IMG/VR virus record: IMGVR_UViG_3300033402_000312
DNA from: a virus
Direction: 5' to 3' (one strand)
Length of the DNA stretch: 64,000 bases
Shown here: positions 7,325 to 14,577 of the stretch, piece by piece
How the letters are laid out: each line of letters begins with the position of its first letter
How positions within the stretch are numbered: the stretch's first letter is position 1
Notes under the pieces: generated by a model
The model's input: only the letters and a program-made list of their open reading frames with translations
Told to the model about the DNA's origin: nothing
The model's database searches: none
Made by a program: the position numbers and the translations under genes

Positions 7325-8347
7325 TTGGGATATATGGCGAAACCCTATGGGAACCCTGTCGCGTGTGACGAGGCAGAGACTCCGAAGAGACAAACTGTTT
7401 CGGTTGGTGACGATCAAGACCAAGCGTACTACCATTGGTCAAAGCGCAACGGCCTCTACCGCCCCGTGGGGCACACGCAGGACGCCATCCCGGCTGGCAT
7501 CTACGAGATCGACAACGACAACTCCGGCTGGTTCCTGTCCAAGGTGAAGTTCCCGTCCGACACCCTGCTCCGGCTGCCGGGCATGCCCATCGACTACATC
7601 CTCAGCCAGATCGACACCTTCTGGATGCGGGAGGAGCTTTTCAAGCAGACCGGGCTTCTGCACAAGCGCGGCATCCTGATGTACGGCCCGGCGGGATGCG
7701 GCAAAACTTCGATCATCAGGCTTCTGTGCGACGACGTCGTCAACAAGCGCGACGGCATCGTCATCATGGTGACAAACTGCCGCCTCGCCGAGACCGCCCT
7801 CGGCGGAGTCCGCCAGATCGAGTCCCGCCGCCCGATCCTGACCATCATCGAGGACATCGAGACGTTCATGGGGTCGAGCGACGAGTCGTCCTCAGCCCGT
7901 GCGCTCCTGGCTCTCCTCGACGGCGAGACCCAGATCGACCACGTCGTCCACCTCGCGACGACCAACAAGCCCGACGTGCTGGAAGACCGCATCTCCAAGC
8001 GCCCCGGACGGTTCGACCTTGTCATCGGCCTGAACCACCCGGTCGCAGACGCCCGCAAGGCGTACCTTGTCAACCTCCTGCAAGACCATGTGCCCGCAGA
8101 GGAGCTAGAAGTCATGGTCAGCGAGACGGAAGGTCTCGGGCTTGCCCACCTGCGCGAGCTAGTCGCGGCGTCGTACTGCCTCGGCCTCGACCGCAAGGAA
8201 ACCCTCGCCCGCTTGAAGACGAACTTCAAGAAGAAGCTCAAATCCATCGAAGGCAGGGGCAACGTCATGGGCTTCACGGTCAACTTTCCAGAAGAGGCGG
8301 AAGACGGAAGGTTGAAGCTCGATGACAGCGGTGATTCCCATGCCTGA
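7325..8347 (+). CDS. classical AAA ATPase (N-domain + AAA module)
   Basis: Walker A GILMYGPAGCGKTS; Walker B ILTIIEDIE; second region of homology ATTNKPDVLEDRISKRPGRFD (R-x-G-R-F-D). Confidence 0.85.
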   Translation: MGYMAKPYGNPVACDEAETPKRQTVSVGDDQDQAYYHWSKRNGLYRPVGHTQDAIPAGIYEIDNDNSGWFLSKVKFPSDTLLRLPGMPIDYILSQIDTFWMREELFKQTGLLHKRGILMYGPAGCGKTSIIRLLCDDVVNKRDGIVIMVTNCRLAETALGGVRQIESRRPILTIIEDIETFMGSSDESSSARALLALLDGETQIDHVVHLATTNKPDVLEDRISKRPGRFDLVIGLNHPVADARKAYLVNLLQDHVPAEELEVMVSETEGLGLAHLRELVAASYCLGLDRKETLARLKTNFKKKLKSIEGRGNVMGFTVNFPEEAEDGRLKLDDSGDSHA

Positions 8348-9395
8348 TACAAGTGAGTTCACACTGCTCTATGAGCGCTTGGATTCGGCAGACTCAGACC
8401 AAGGCCTATCGTATCCGAAAAATCCGCCTCGCGCACAGTCTGACGAAAAGGTCGCATCCGTGGATGGCACCCAGCTTCTTTCGTCCATGACGAAAAACCA
8501 GTGGGCGGTGCTGCCCGACGACACGTTCACTGCCATCGGCGCTACGGTCTCGCACCTGCCCCCGGCGATCTACACGCTTTCCTCGGACGGCGGCGGCGTG
8601 GTCTACTACAATAAGACGAAAGTCCTCACGGACAAGCTCATCGAACTGGACGACAGCGCTGCCATACGGGTCATCGCGGGGATCGAGACGTTCTGGGAGT
8701 CCAAGGCAAAGTTCGACCGCTTTGGCATCCTGTTCAAGCGCGGCATCCTCTTGTGGGGCCCTGCGGGATCGGGCAAGACAGCCACGGTCAACATGCTGAT
8801 GAACGACCTCGTGGGGCGCGGCGGCATGGTCGTCATCGTGCAAAAACCTTCAGTCGCCATCAAGGGACTCCATGATCTTCGCCGCATCGAGCCAGACCGC
8901 CCCATCATCATCGTTTTGGAAGACATCGAGGAGATGATCGACAACCACGGCGAGCACGGATTGTTGGGCCTGCTTGACGGGGAGCACCAAGTCTCCAACG
9001 TGGTCGTGCTGGCGACGACCAACTTCCCGGAACGCCTCGGCGAGCGCATCATCAACCGCCCCAGCCGCTTTGACGAGATCATCCTCGTGGACATGCCGTC
9101 CGCCAAAGCCCGCTACCGCTACCTGAAGCACGTGCTGAAGGACACCGTGCCGGAGGAGGAGCTTCAGCAGTGGGTCGAGGCGACGGACAAGCTGTCCATC
9201 GCGCACTTGCGCGAATTGATCGTCGCCACGCAATGCCTCGGCCGCCCGTATGCCGAGGTCGTGGACAGGCTGAAGCGGATGAGGATCAAGCCAAACAGCG
9301 ACAAGCTCCGCAAGGCGGAGCCGGGCTTTGACAGCCCGAACGCAGCGGAAGCGGGGAACGCGATTCGCGCAGCGCAGCAAGCAGCGGGGGGATAG
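8322..9395 (+). CDS. classical AAA ATPase, paralog of previous
   Basis: Walker A GILLWGPAGSGKTA; Walker B IIIVLEDIEE; SRH ATTNFPERLGERIINRPSRFD; 26-nt overlap with upstream AAA gene. Confidence 0.85.
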   Translation: MTAVIPMPDTSEFTLLYERLDSADSDQGLSYPKNPPRAQSDEKVASVDGTQLLSSMTKNQWAVLPDDTFTAIGATVSHLPPAIYTLSSDGGGVVYYNKTKVLTDKLIELDDSAAIRVIAGIETFWESKAKFDRFGILFKRGILLWGPAGSGKTATVNMLMNDLVGRGGMVVIVQKPSVAIKGLHDLRRIEPDRPIIIVLEDIEEMIDNHGEHGLLGLLDGEHQVSNVVVLATTNFPERLGERIINRPSRFDEIILVDMPSAKARYRYLKHVLKDTVPEEELQQWVEATDKLSIAHLRELIVATQCLGRPYAEVVDRLKRMRIKPNSDKLRKAEPGFDSPNAAEAGNAIRAAQQAAGG

Positions 9396-9401
9396 AGTCA
9401 A

Positions 9402-9746
9402 ATGGGACTCGATTTTGTCGGCTCAGACGCAAACTGGTCTTACACTGGCTTCAATCGGTTTCGGACGATGCTTGCAAAGGAAGTCGGCATCGACTTGGAC
9501 AGCATGGAAGGGTTCGGCGGTAGCGTTAAGTGGTCTACGCTGCCGAAAGACCCGATCCATTTCCTTCTCAACCACTCGGATTGCGACGGCCACATAACGG
9601 CGAAGCGGTGCGCAAAGATAGCGCCGCGACTGTTGGAGCTTGTGGCAAAGTGGCCCGACGATATTTATGACAAGACCCAAGCGCTACTTCTAGCCGAAGG
9701 GATGAAGGCATGCGCCCAAAAGGGGAAACCCTTGGAGTTTTGCTAG
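9402..9746 (+). CDS. hypothetical protein
   Basis: 114-aa ORF. Confidence 0.45.
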   Translation: MGLDFVGSDANWSYTGFNRFRTMLAKEVGIDLDSMEGFGGSVKWSTLPKDPIHFLLNHSDCDGHITAKRCAKIAPRLLELVAKWPDDIYDKTQALLLAEGMKACAQKGKPLEFC

Positions 9747-9747
9747 C

Positions 9748-10278
9748 ATGGAACGGATCGACCATTTCGCTTACGAGCATGACTTTTTGTCGAACTTCTA
9801 TCCTGTGGCGATTGTCATGGAGGGCGCTGAGTATGGTTCTGTCGAGCACGCATACCAAGCCGCCAAGGTCCTCAATCCTGAGAAGCGCCGCATCCTCACG
9901 CTGGACTTCAACCCGAACCTGACAGCCGGGCAAGCCAAGAAGGTGGGGCGAAACCTTGACTTGCGCGACGATTGGGACGAAGTCAAGGCTCTGATCATGC
10001 GCGAACTCCTGTTCCAAAAGTTTGGGAATCCCGCCTTAAGAGCTAGGCTGCTAGCCACAGGCACCGCCGAACTGGTTGAAGGAAATTATTGGGAAGACCG
10101 CCATTGGGGCGTGTGCTACGGCGGATTGCCGACTGGATTTGATGGACGCAAGTGTAAAAAATGGCCGCACGATCCAGCGGGCGACAACAAGCTGGGACAA
10201 TTGCTGATGGAAATCCGCTTTGAACTTCTTTCTCAGAAGGAATCATGGGGAAGCTCAAACTGGACAAAAACACCTTAG
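9748..10278 (+). CDS. NADAR domain protein (YbiA-like ADP-ribose N-glycosidase family)
   Basis: Motifs FLSNFYP, SVEHAYQAAK, DW..VK..M..LL.KF, LLATG.AELVEG...D..WG, N.LGQLLMEIR align to YbiA/DUF1768. Confidence 0.8.
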   Translation: MERIDHFAYEHDFLSNFYPVAIVMEGAEYGSVEHAYQAAKVLNPEKRRILTLDFNPNLTAGQAKKVGRNLDLRDDWDEVKALIMRELLFQKFGNPALRARLLATGTAELVEGNYWEDRHWGVCYGGLPTGFDGRKCKKWPHDPAGDNKLGQLLMEIRFELLSQKESWGSSNWTKTP

Positions 10279-10517
10279 TTGCTGCGTGCAAAGCCGTTTG
10301 CGTTTTTTGTAAAGAGGGCGTTCCGTACAACGCCGAAAAAGAGCAACATGCAAACCTTTACCATTGTAAGGCTTGGACGATTCGATCTCTGTTTTTGAAA
10401 GCCGAGTCCAGACGCGAGTTCAAGCGCCGCGAAATTGGGGATGAAGCCGTTGACTACCAAGCCGAGCAAGCGGTCGAAAAAACTGGCGATAGCGTTGAGC
10501 GAGCTTTGCACGTATGA
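10245..10517 (+). CDS. hypothetical Cys-containing small protein
   Basis: 90-aa ORF overlapping NADAR 3' end. Confidence 0.35.
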   Translation: MGKLKLDKNTLVAACKAVCVFCKEGVPYNAEKEQHANLYHCKAWTIRSLFLKAESRREFKRREIGDEAVDYQAEQAVEKTGDSVERALHV

Positions 10518-10665
10518 TGAGATGGCCGCTTACGTTCTCGCTTTGCTTGCGGCAGAGCGGGAGCGGGCTTTCAAAGACATCTACGAGTTCGCACTGAGCC
10601 GCCACGGCAAGGGCGGCTATGTCCATTACAGTGAGCTAGAAGCCCTCAAGGAGCCAAGATCATGA
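10435..10665 (+). CDS. hypothetical protein (start uncertain)
   Basis: 76-aa ORF; real start may be internal ATG ~10528 (MAAYVLALL...). Confidence 0.3.
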   Translation: MGMKPLTTKPSKRSKKLAIALSELCTYDEMAAYVLALLAAERERAFKDIYEFALSRHGKGGYVHYSELEALKEPRS

Positions 10666-11102
10666 AAGATATTTGGGTCTGTAAAATCGGCGAAACGGAA
10701 AGAGACAATCTTCCAGATGGGGCTGATTTTCCCATGAGGTTGGTTGTTGCCGAGGCTTATCGACAAATTACGGGACACGATCCAGATTTTTTCTGGTTGG
10801 GGCGGGGAATTGACCGAAGCCGAGCGAATTGTAGCAAACGAGAAGCGGGGAAAGCCATGAGCGACGTCGGCATGACGGAGTTCGAGAGGTTCGCCATGGA
10901 TCACAACGAGCATGCGCACTGCGCTGGGTGCGGGGGCTGCATGCTCGACCCGCGCATCAAGGAATTGCAGGCAGCCCCCGTTTGGTGTATGGGCTGCGTC
11001 AAGGCCATCCATGCCAAGATGCCTGTCGGTGCCCCGCGCCCGTGGGCAGGCGGGGTGATGTTCTGCAACCCCGGAAATTTCTTCTTGAAAATAACCTCTT
11101 GA
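10662..11102 (+). CDS. hypothetical protein
   Basis: 146-aa ORF, ATGA overlap with upstream ORF; Cys/His cluster HCAGCGGCM. Confidence 0.5.
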   Translation: MKDIWVCKIGETERDNLPDGADFPMRLVVAEAYRQITGHDPDFFWLGRGIDRSRANCSKREAGKAMSDVGMTEFERFAMDHNEHAHCAGCGGCMLDPRIKELQAAPVWCMGCVKAIHAKMPVGAPRPWAGGVMFCNPGNFFLKITS

Positions 11103-11127
11103 CAGTTTTCTGTTTTCCTGGTACTAT
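11099..11127 (+). promoter_or_regulatory. sigma70-type promoter P2 (TTGACA-17-TACTAT) upstream of tRNA array 2
   Basis: TTGACA 11099-11104, 17-nt spacer, TACTAT 11122-11127; same extended motif CTTGACAGTTTTCTG as P1. Confidence 0.7.
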
Positions 11128-11174
11128 ATGTGAGTACATGCGGCGGTCTTTGCCGCTATAGGTGCTGCCTTCAA

Positions 11175-11246
11175 ATGAACACGATGCGACCATTTCCGGG
11201 TTTTCGACCGTGCATGCCCAGCATGCGCGGGGTCGCAGGTCTCTGA
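11175..11246 (+). CDS. putative leader peptide (23 aa, MNTMRPFPGFRPCMPSMRGVAGL) of tRNA array 2
   Basis: 4 Pro codons (CCA, CCG, CCG, CCC) and 4 AUG matching downstream Pro(UGG), Pro(CGG) x2, Pro(GGG) and CAU tRNAs; 2 UUU; weak RBS. Confidence 0.4.
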   Translation: MNTMRPFPGFRPCMPSMRGVAGL

Positions 11247-11292
11247 CTGACGGAGACAGCCCCGCGCTGCACGGCGTCGGGGCTTTGTGGGC
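11226..11292 (+). terminator. alternative-hairpin region: CGCGGGG / AGCCCCGCG / CGGGGCT + TTTGTGGG (candidate attenuator)
   Basis: AGCCCCGCG (11258-11266) can pair either with upstream CGCGGGG (11226-11232, inside leader ORF) or with downstream CGGGGCT (11278-11284), which is followed by a T-rich tract. Confidence 0.4.
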
Positions 11293-11359
11293 TGTGAAAT
11301 TCCCAACAAAGAAGATGTTTTAGCCGCCCCCGACAGGTTGTGATGTGTTTGTGATGTGT

Positions 11360-11447
11360 CGGAGCGTAGGCGGGTAAATGGAAGCCCTCCTGCTTTGGAA
11401 GCAGGTGCCTGCGGGCCTTGGGAGTTCGAGTCTCCTCGCTCCGACCA
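11360..11447 (+). tRNA. class II-type tRNA with UGG anticodon and tRNA-Pro acceptor identity (C1:G72, A73)
   Basis: CGGAGCG...CGCTCCG+A+CCA; anticodon arm CCTGC-TTTGGAA-GCAGG; variable-arm hairpin GCC-TGCG-GGC; T arm GGAG-TTCGAGT-CTCC; 88 nt. Confidence 0.55.
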
Positions 11448-11472
11448 AGTTTCATTCGCGAATAGCGAATGT

Positions 11473-11551
11473 CAGGGCGTAGCTCAGTCTGGTTTAGAGT
11501 ACTCGCGTCGGAAGCGAGGGGTCGTGAGTTCGAATCTCACCGCCCTGACCA
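11473..11551 (+). tRNA. tRNA-Pro(CGG)-like (A37)
   Basis: CAGGGCG...CGCCCTG+A+CCA (C1:G72, A73); D arm GCTC-AGTCTGGTTTA-GAGT; anticodon arm CTCGC-GTCGGAA-GCGAG; T arm GTGAG-TTCGAAT-CTCAC. Confidence 0.65.
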
Positions 11552-11563
11552 GTATTATGATAA

Positions 11564-11902
11564 ATGATTGAATCAGAACGAGTTTTTCGTCGTGCCCGGC
11601 AACGAAAGTGGTATCGTGAACGTGGACGTGCCAAACAGATTAAGAAGGCAACCGCCCGAAAGAAGCGGATCATTGCTTGGTATCGAGCGTACAAAAGTAC
11701 GTTGAAATGCTCTCGGTGCTCGGAGAGGCGTTCAGCCGCCTTGGATCACCATCACCGGGACCCAAAAATGAAGGAGTTTAACATTGCCTTTGCTGTAGGG
11801 AATGGTTACTCCATTAAACGGTTGCTAAAAGAAATCGCGAAATGCGATGTCTTGTGCGCTAATTGCCACAGAGTTGAAGAGGCTGAAAGGCGCAAAGTTT
11901 AG
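11564..11902 (+). CDS. HNH homing endonuclease (inside tRNA array)
   Basis: HNH core LDHHHRDPKMKEFN...CDVLCANCHR; basic N-terminus; inserted between two tRNA-Pro genes. Confidence 0.75.
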   Translation: MIESERVFRRARQRKWYRERGRAKQIKKATARKKRIIAWYRAYKSTLKCSRCSERRSAALDHHHRDPKMKEFNIAFAVGNGYSIKRLLKEIAKCDVLCANCHRVEEAERRKV

Positions 11903-11907
11903 GTTTT

Positions 11908-11984
11908 CGGGTTGTAGCGCAGCCTGGTAGCGCGTACGCTTGGGGTGCGTAAGGTCGCGGGTCCGAATCCCGCCAACCCGACCA
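11908..11984 (+). tRNA. tRNA-Pro(GGG)
   Basis: CGGGTTG TAGCGCAGCCTGGTAGCGC...CAACCCG+A+CCA; anticodon arm TACGC-TTGGGGT-GCGTA; matches E. coli proL architecture. Confidence 0.8.
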
Positions 11985-12112
11985 AGTTCAGGCTGAAGTA
12001 GGTACATCGGTAACTACAGGCAGCCGAGAGACAGTCCGAGTCCCGCTGAGCGTCCCGCCGAGCCTACGCGCACCAATCGGTCAAGCGTACAGGGACGAGC
12101 AGCAGCGAGTTT

Positions 12113-12184
12113 TGCGGGGAAGTGAATAGGATCACGAGAGCCTCATAAGCTCTAAATCCGGTTCGAGTCCGGCGTCCGCAACCA
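12113..12184 (+). tRNA. tRNA-Met(CAT)-like, short D loop, imperfect T stem
   Basis: TGCGGGG...GTCCGCA+A+CCA; D arm GTGA-ATAGGA-TCAC; anticodon arm AGAGC-CTCATAA-GCTCT; T region CCGG-TTCGAGT-CCGG; 72 nt. Confidence 0.45.
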
Positions 12185-12333
12185 ATTTGAGGGCTAAATA
12201 TCGGTTGCCCGAGTGCGGAACATGGTTTCGAAAGTGTAAAAAGCAGATGCGCTTAGCCATGGCGGCTCCTAGTGCGTAAAGGGCGGACACGCCCGAGGCA
12301 AAACTGCCTCGCATACCGAAGAGCCACAATTTT

Positions 12334-12936
12334 ATGGAACAGTACCCAGAGATACCCGGCGCGAAGAAGGCTCCCCTCGGGGAGAGGTGCATCGCGTTCT
12401 ACAAGTACGACGGCTCCAACCTCCGGTGGGAATGGAGCAAGAAGCGCGGCTGGCACAAGTTCGGCACGCGGACGGAGCTTTTCGCCCCGGAGCACCCGCT
12501 GTGGGGGCAGGCACTCCCCCTTTGGCGCGGGATCGCGCACGACGTCAAGGATCGCATTTACGCGAGCGACTGGCGGTTCCGCAACATACAGCGGATCACG
12601 GCGTTCACCGAGTTCTTCGGGCCTTCGAGCTTCGCCGGGACGCATGACGAGAAGGAGCCGAAGGAGCTTAGGCTCATCGACGTCTGGCTGTACAAGCACG
12701 GCAGGATGCCGCCCCGGTGGTTCGTGGACACGTTCAGCGACGCGTCGTACGCGGCGCAGGTGGTCTACGAGGGCAACCTGAGCACGGAGTTCATCCGCGA
12801 CGTGCGGGCGGGGAAGTACCCGGTGTGGGAAGGCGTCGTGGCGAAGGGCGACGACTGGATGGCGAAGATCAAGACCGAGGCGTACATGCTGAAGCTCAAG
12901 GAGGTCTTCGGCCTGGACTGGGAAGGGTTCGCGTAA
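12334..12936 (+). CDS. minimal ATP-dependent RNA/DNA ligase-like nucleotidyltransferase (Rnl2-type NTase domain only)
   Basis: Motif I KYDGSN (K24), motif III FTEFFG, motif IV WEGVVAKGD, motif V AKIKTEAY; ~200 aa, no C-terminal domain. Confidence 0.65.
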   Translation: MEQYPEIPGAKKAPLGERCIAFYKYDGSNLRWEWSKKRGWHKFGTRTELFAPEHPLWGQALPLWRGIAHDVKDRIYASDWRFRNIQRITAFTEFFGPSSFAGTHDEKEPKELRLIDVWLYKHGRMPPRWFVDTFSDASYAAQVVYEGNLSTEFIRDVRAGKYPVWEGVVAKGDDWMAKIKTEAYMLKLKEVFGLDWEGFA

Positions 12937-12940
12937 TAAA

Positions 12941-13017
12941 CGGGGCGTAGCGCAGCCTGGTAGCGCGTCTGCTTCGGGAGCAGAAGGCCGTTGGTTCGAA
13001 TCCAATCGCCCCGACCA
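12941..13017 (+). tRNA. tRNA-Pro(CGG)
   Basis: CGGGGCG TAGCGCAGCCTGGTAGCGC...CGCCCCG+A+CCA; anticodon arm TCTGC-TTCGGGA-GCAGA, identical loop to E. coli proK. Confidence 0.85.
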
Positions 13018-13041
13018 ATATTATGCATAGCGAGGTGCATT

Positions 13042-13702
13042 ATGATTCTGGAAATAAGAGCGGCGGAAGGCGGCGAGGACGCGAGGCTCCTCGTCGAGGA
13101 CCAGACGACGATCTACGCCCGCGTGGCGTCGCGGAGGGGTCTTTGAGTTCGAGGTCGTGGAGCAGCGCCAGGGCTTCGCGGTCCTGAGGATCACGGGGCC
13201 GGGCGCGAAGGAGGCGTTCGCGAATGAGTCGGGAGGTCATCGCTGGCAGAGGGTCCCGCCGACTGAGAAGCGCGGCAGGGTGCAGACCTCGACGGTCACC
13301 GTCGCGGTGTTCGACGAACCCGAGGCTTCGGAGTTCAAGGTCAGAGACGCCGACCTCGCATGGGAGACCATGCGGAGCGGGGGCAAGGGCGGGCAGAACG
13401 TGAACAAGGTCGAGACTGCCGTCCGGCTGACCCACAGGCCGACCGGGCTGACAGTGCGGTGCGAGTCCGAGCGGTCGCAGTCGCGCAACAGGCAGACAGC
13501 GCTCGCCACCCTGACCGCCCGGCTGGCTGCGGCGCGGCGGGAGCAGCAGCAGGACGCGCAGGCGACCGACCGGAGGCGGCAGATCGGCACGGGGCAGCGC
13601 GGGGACAAGCGCCGGACGATCCGCGAAAGGGACGGGGTCGTGACAGACCACGTCCTGAACCGGAAATGGCGATACGCGGACTATGTGCGCGGGCTGTGGT
13701 AA
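13042..13702 (+). CDS. N-terminally truncated class I peptide-chain release factor homolog (domains 2-4) with programmed +1 frameshift at 13141-13146
   Basis: Frame 1: ATG 13042 (RBS GAGGTG), [34 protein letters not shown] then CTT TGA; frame 2 continues [13 protein letters not shown]...[28 protein letters not shown]...[38 protein letters not shown] (PxT-like PPT and GGQ motifs, RF1-like); GGAGG 3 nt upstream of CUU UGA as in prfB. Confidence 0.7.
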
Positions 13703-13712
13703 GATAGCTTAT

Positions 13713-13788
13713 GGCGGTGTAGCTCAGTTGGAGAGCGCGGGTCTCATAAACCCGAGGTCGCTGGTTCGTTCCCCAGCCACCGCTACCA
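13713..13788 (+). tRNA. tRNA with CAT anticodon (Met elongator or Ile2/lysidine type)
   Basis: GGCGGTG TAGCTCAGTTGGAGAGC...CACCGCT+A+CCA; anticodon arm CGGGT-CTCATAA-ACCCG; T arm GGTCGCTGGTTCGTTCCCCAGC resembles ileX. Confidence 0.75.
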
Positions 13789-13804
13789 AATTTGGGGAAG
13801 AAAT

Positions 13805-13966
13805 ATGTCTCATCCTGTAGTTTTTGATTGTCCACACTGTGGTCGGAGTTTAGAAGCATCATCAGAAACAGTAGTTCGCTGTCCACATTGTAGGGTAGCC
13901 ATCGATATTCTGACAGACGGAGTGAAGATAGACCCATTTGCAGAAAAATTTCATATTGGCGAGTGA
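13805..13966 (+). CDS. small zinc-ribbon protein (53 aa)
   Basis: ATG 13805; two CPHC pairs (FDCPHCGRS...VRCPHCRVA); start of an AT-rich island containing the next HNH gene. Confidence 0.4.
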   Translation: MSHPVVFDCPHCGRSLEASSETVVRCPHCRVAIDILTDGVKIDPFAEKFHIGE

Positions 13967-13999
13967 GGTCTAGTACTACAGTCAGTGTGACTAAGTTAC

Positions 14000-14548
14000 T
14001 TGACTTTCAAGAAGCATAAGTGGAGAATACCACTTATGCGACAAACAGTTTCAGTCACATGCAATTTTTGTGGCAATCAACTAGATAAACTTGCGAAGTC
14101 CGTAAAATGGGCGAGAGCTAACGGGCAAAAAAATTTTTACTGTAACATGGTCTGTATGCAGTCTGGCCGAACCTTAGGTCGGGTAAAACCGGGTACGGCT
14201 TTGCGTAGTCTTTTATGTCGGTATAAACAGACTGCAAGACGGAGAAAAGTTTCGTTTACGTTAACGGACACTGAATTTGGGAGCTTGGTTACCCAGTCAT
14301 GCTACTATTGCGGCGATGCTCCAGCACAAGTAGCAAGAGCCAAATCTGGCGAGACCTTAAAGTATAACGGGATAGACCGGGTTAATAACTTGTTCGGGTA
14401 TTCTACTGACAACAGCGTGAGTTGTTGCGGTACATGCAATCGTTGGAAATCATCCATGTCATCGGAGGATTTCTTGGCTCAAATCAGGAAAATTTTTGAG
14501 AGGACAACTATGGTCACCAACCTTAGCAAGACCGCCCATACGGCGTAA
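14000..14548 (+). CDS. HNH homing endonuclease
   Basis: CYYCGDAP...YNGIDRVNNLFGYSTDNSVSCCGTCNRWKS HNH core; N-terminal CxxC; low-GC island. Confidence 0.8.
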   Translation: MTFKKHKWRIPLMRQTVSVTCNFCGNQLDKLAKSVKWARANGQKNFYCNMVCMQSGRTLGRVKPGTALRSLLCRYKQTARRRKVSFTLTDTEFGSLVTQSCYYCGDAPAQVARAKSGETLKYNGIDRVNNLFGYSTDNSVSCCGTCNRWKSSMSSEDFLAQIRKIFERTTMVTNLSKTAHTA

Positions 14549-14577
14549 CGTGTGGGCCGGTCACAAGGAGAACCAAA

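Noticed and set aside
11139-11162. 7-codon ORF MRRSLPL immediately downstream of promoter P2
   Set aside because: Too short and leaderless; kept only as context for the attenuator model.
12253-13005. 250-aa minus-strand ORF overlapping the ligase-like gene and a tRNA-Pro
   Set aside because: Overlaps a well-formed tRNA and the sense gene with ligase motifs; low-complexity composition.
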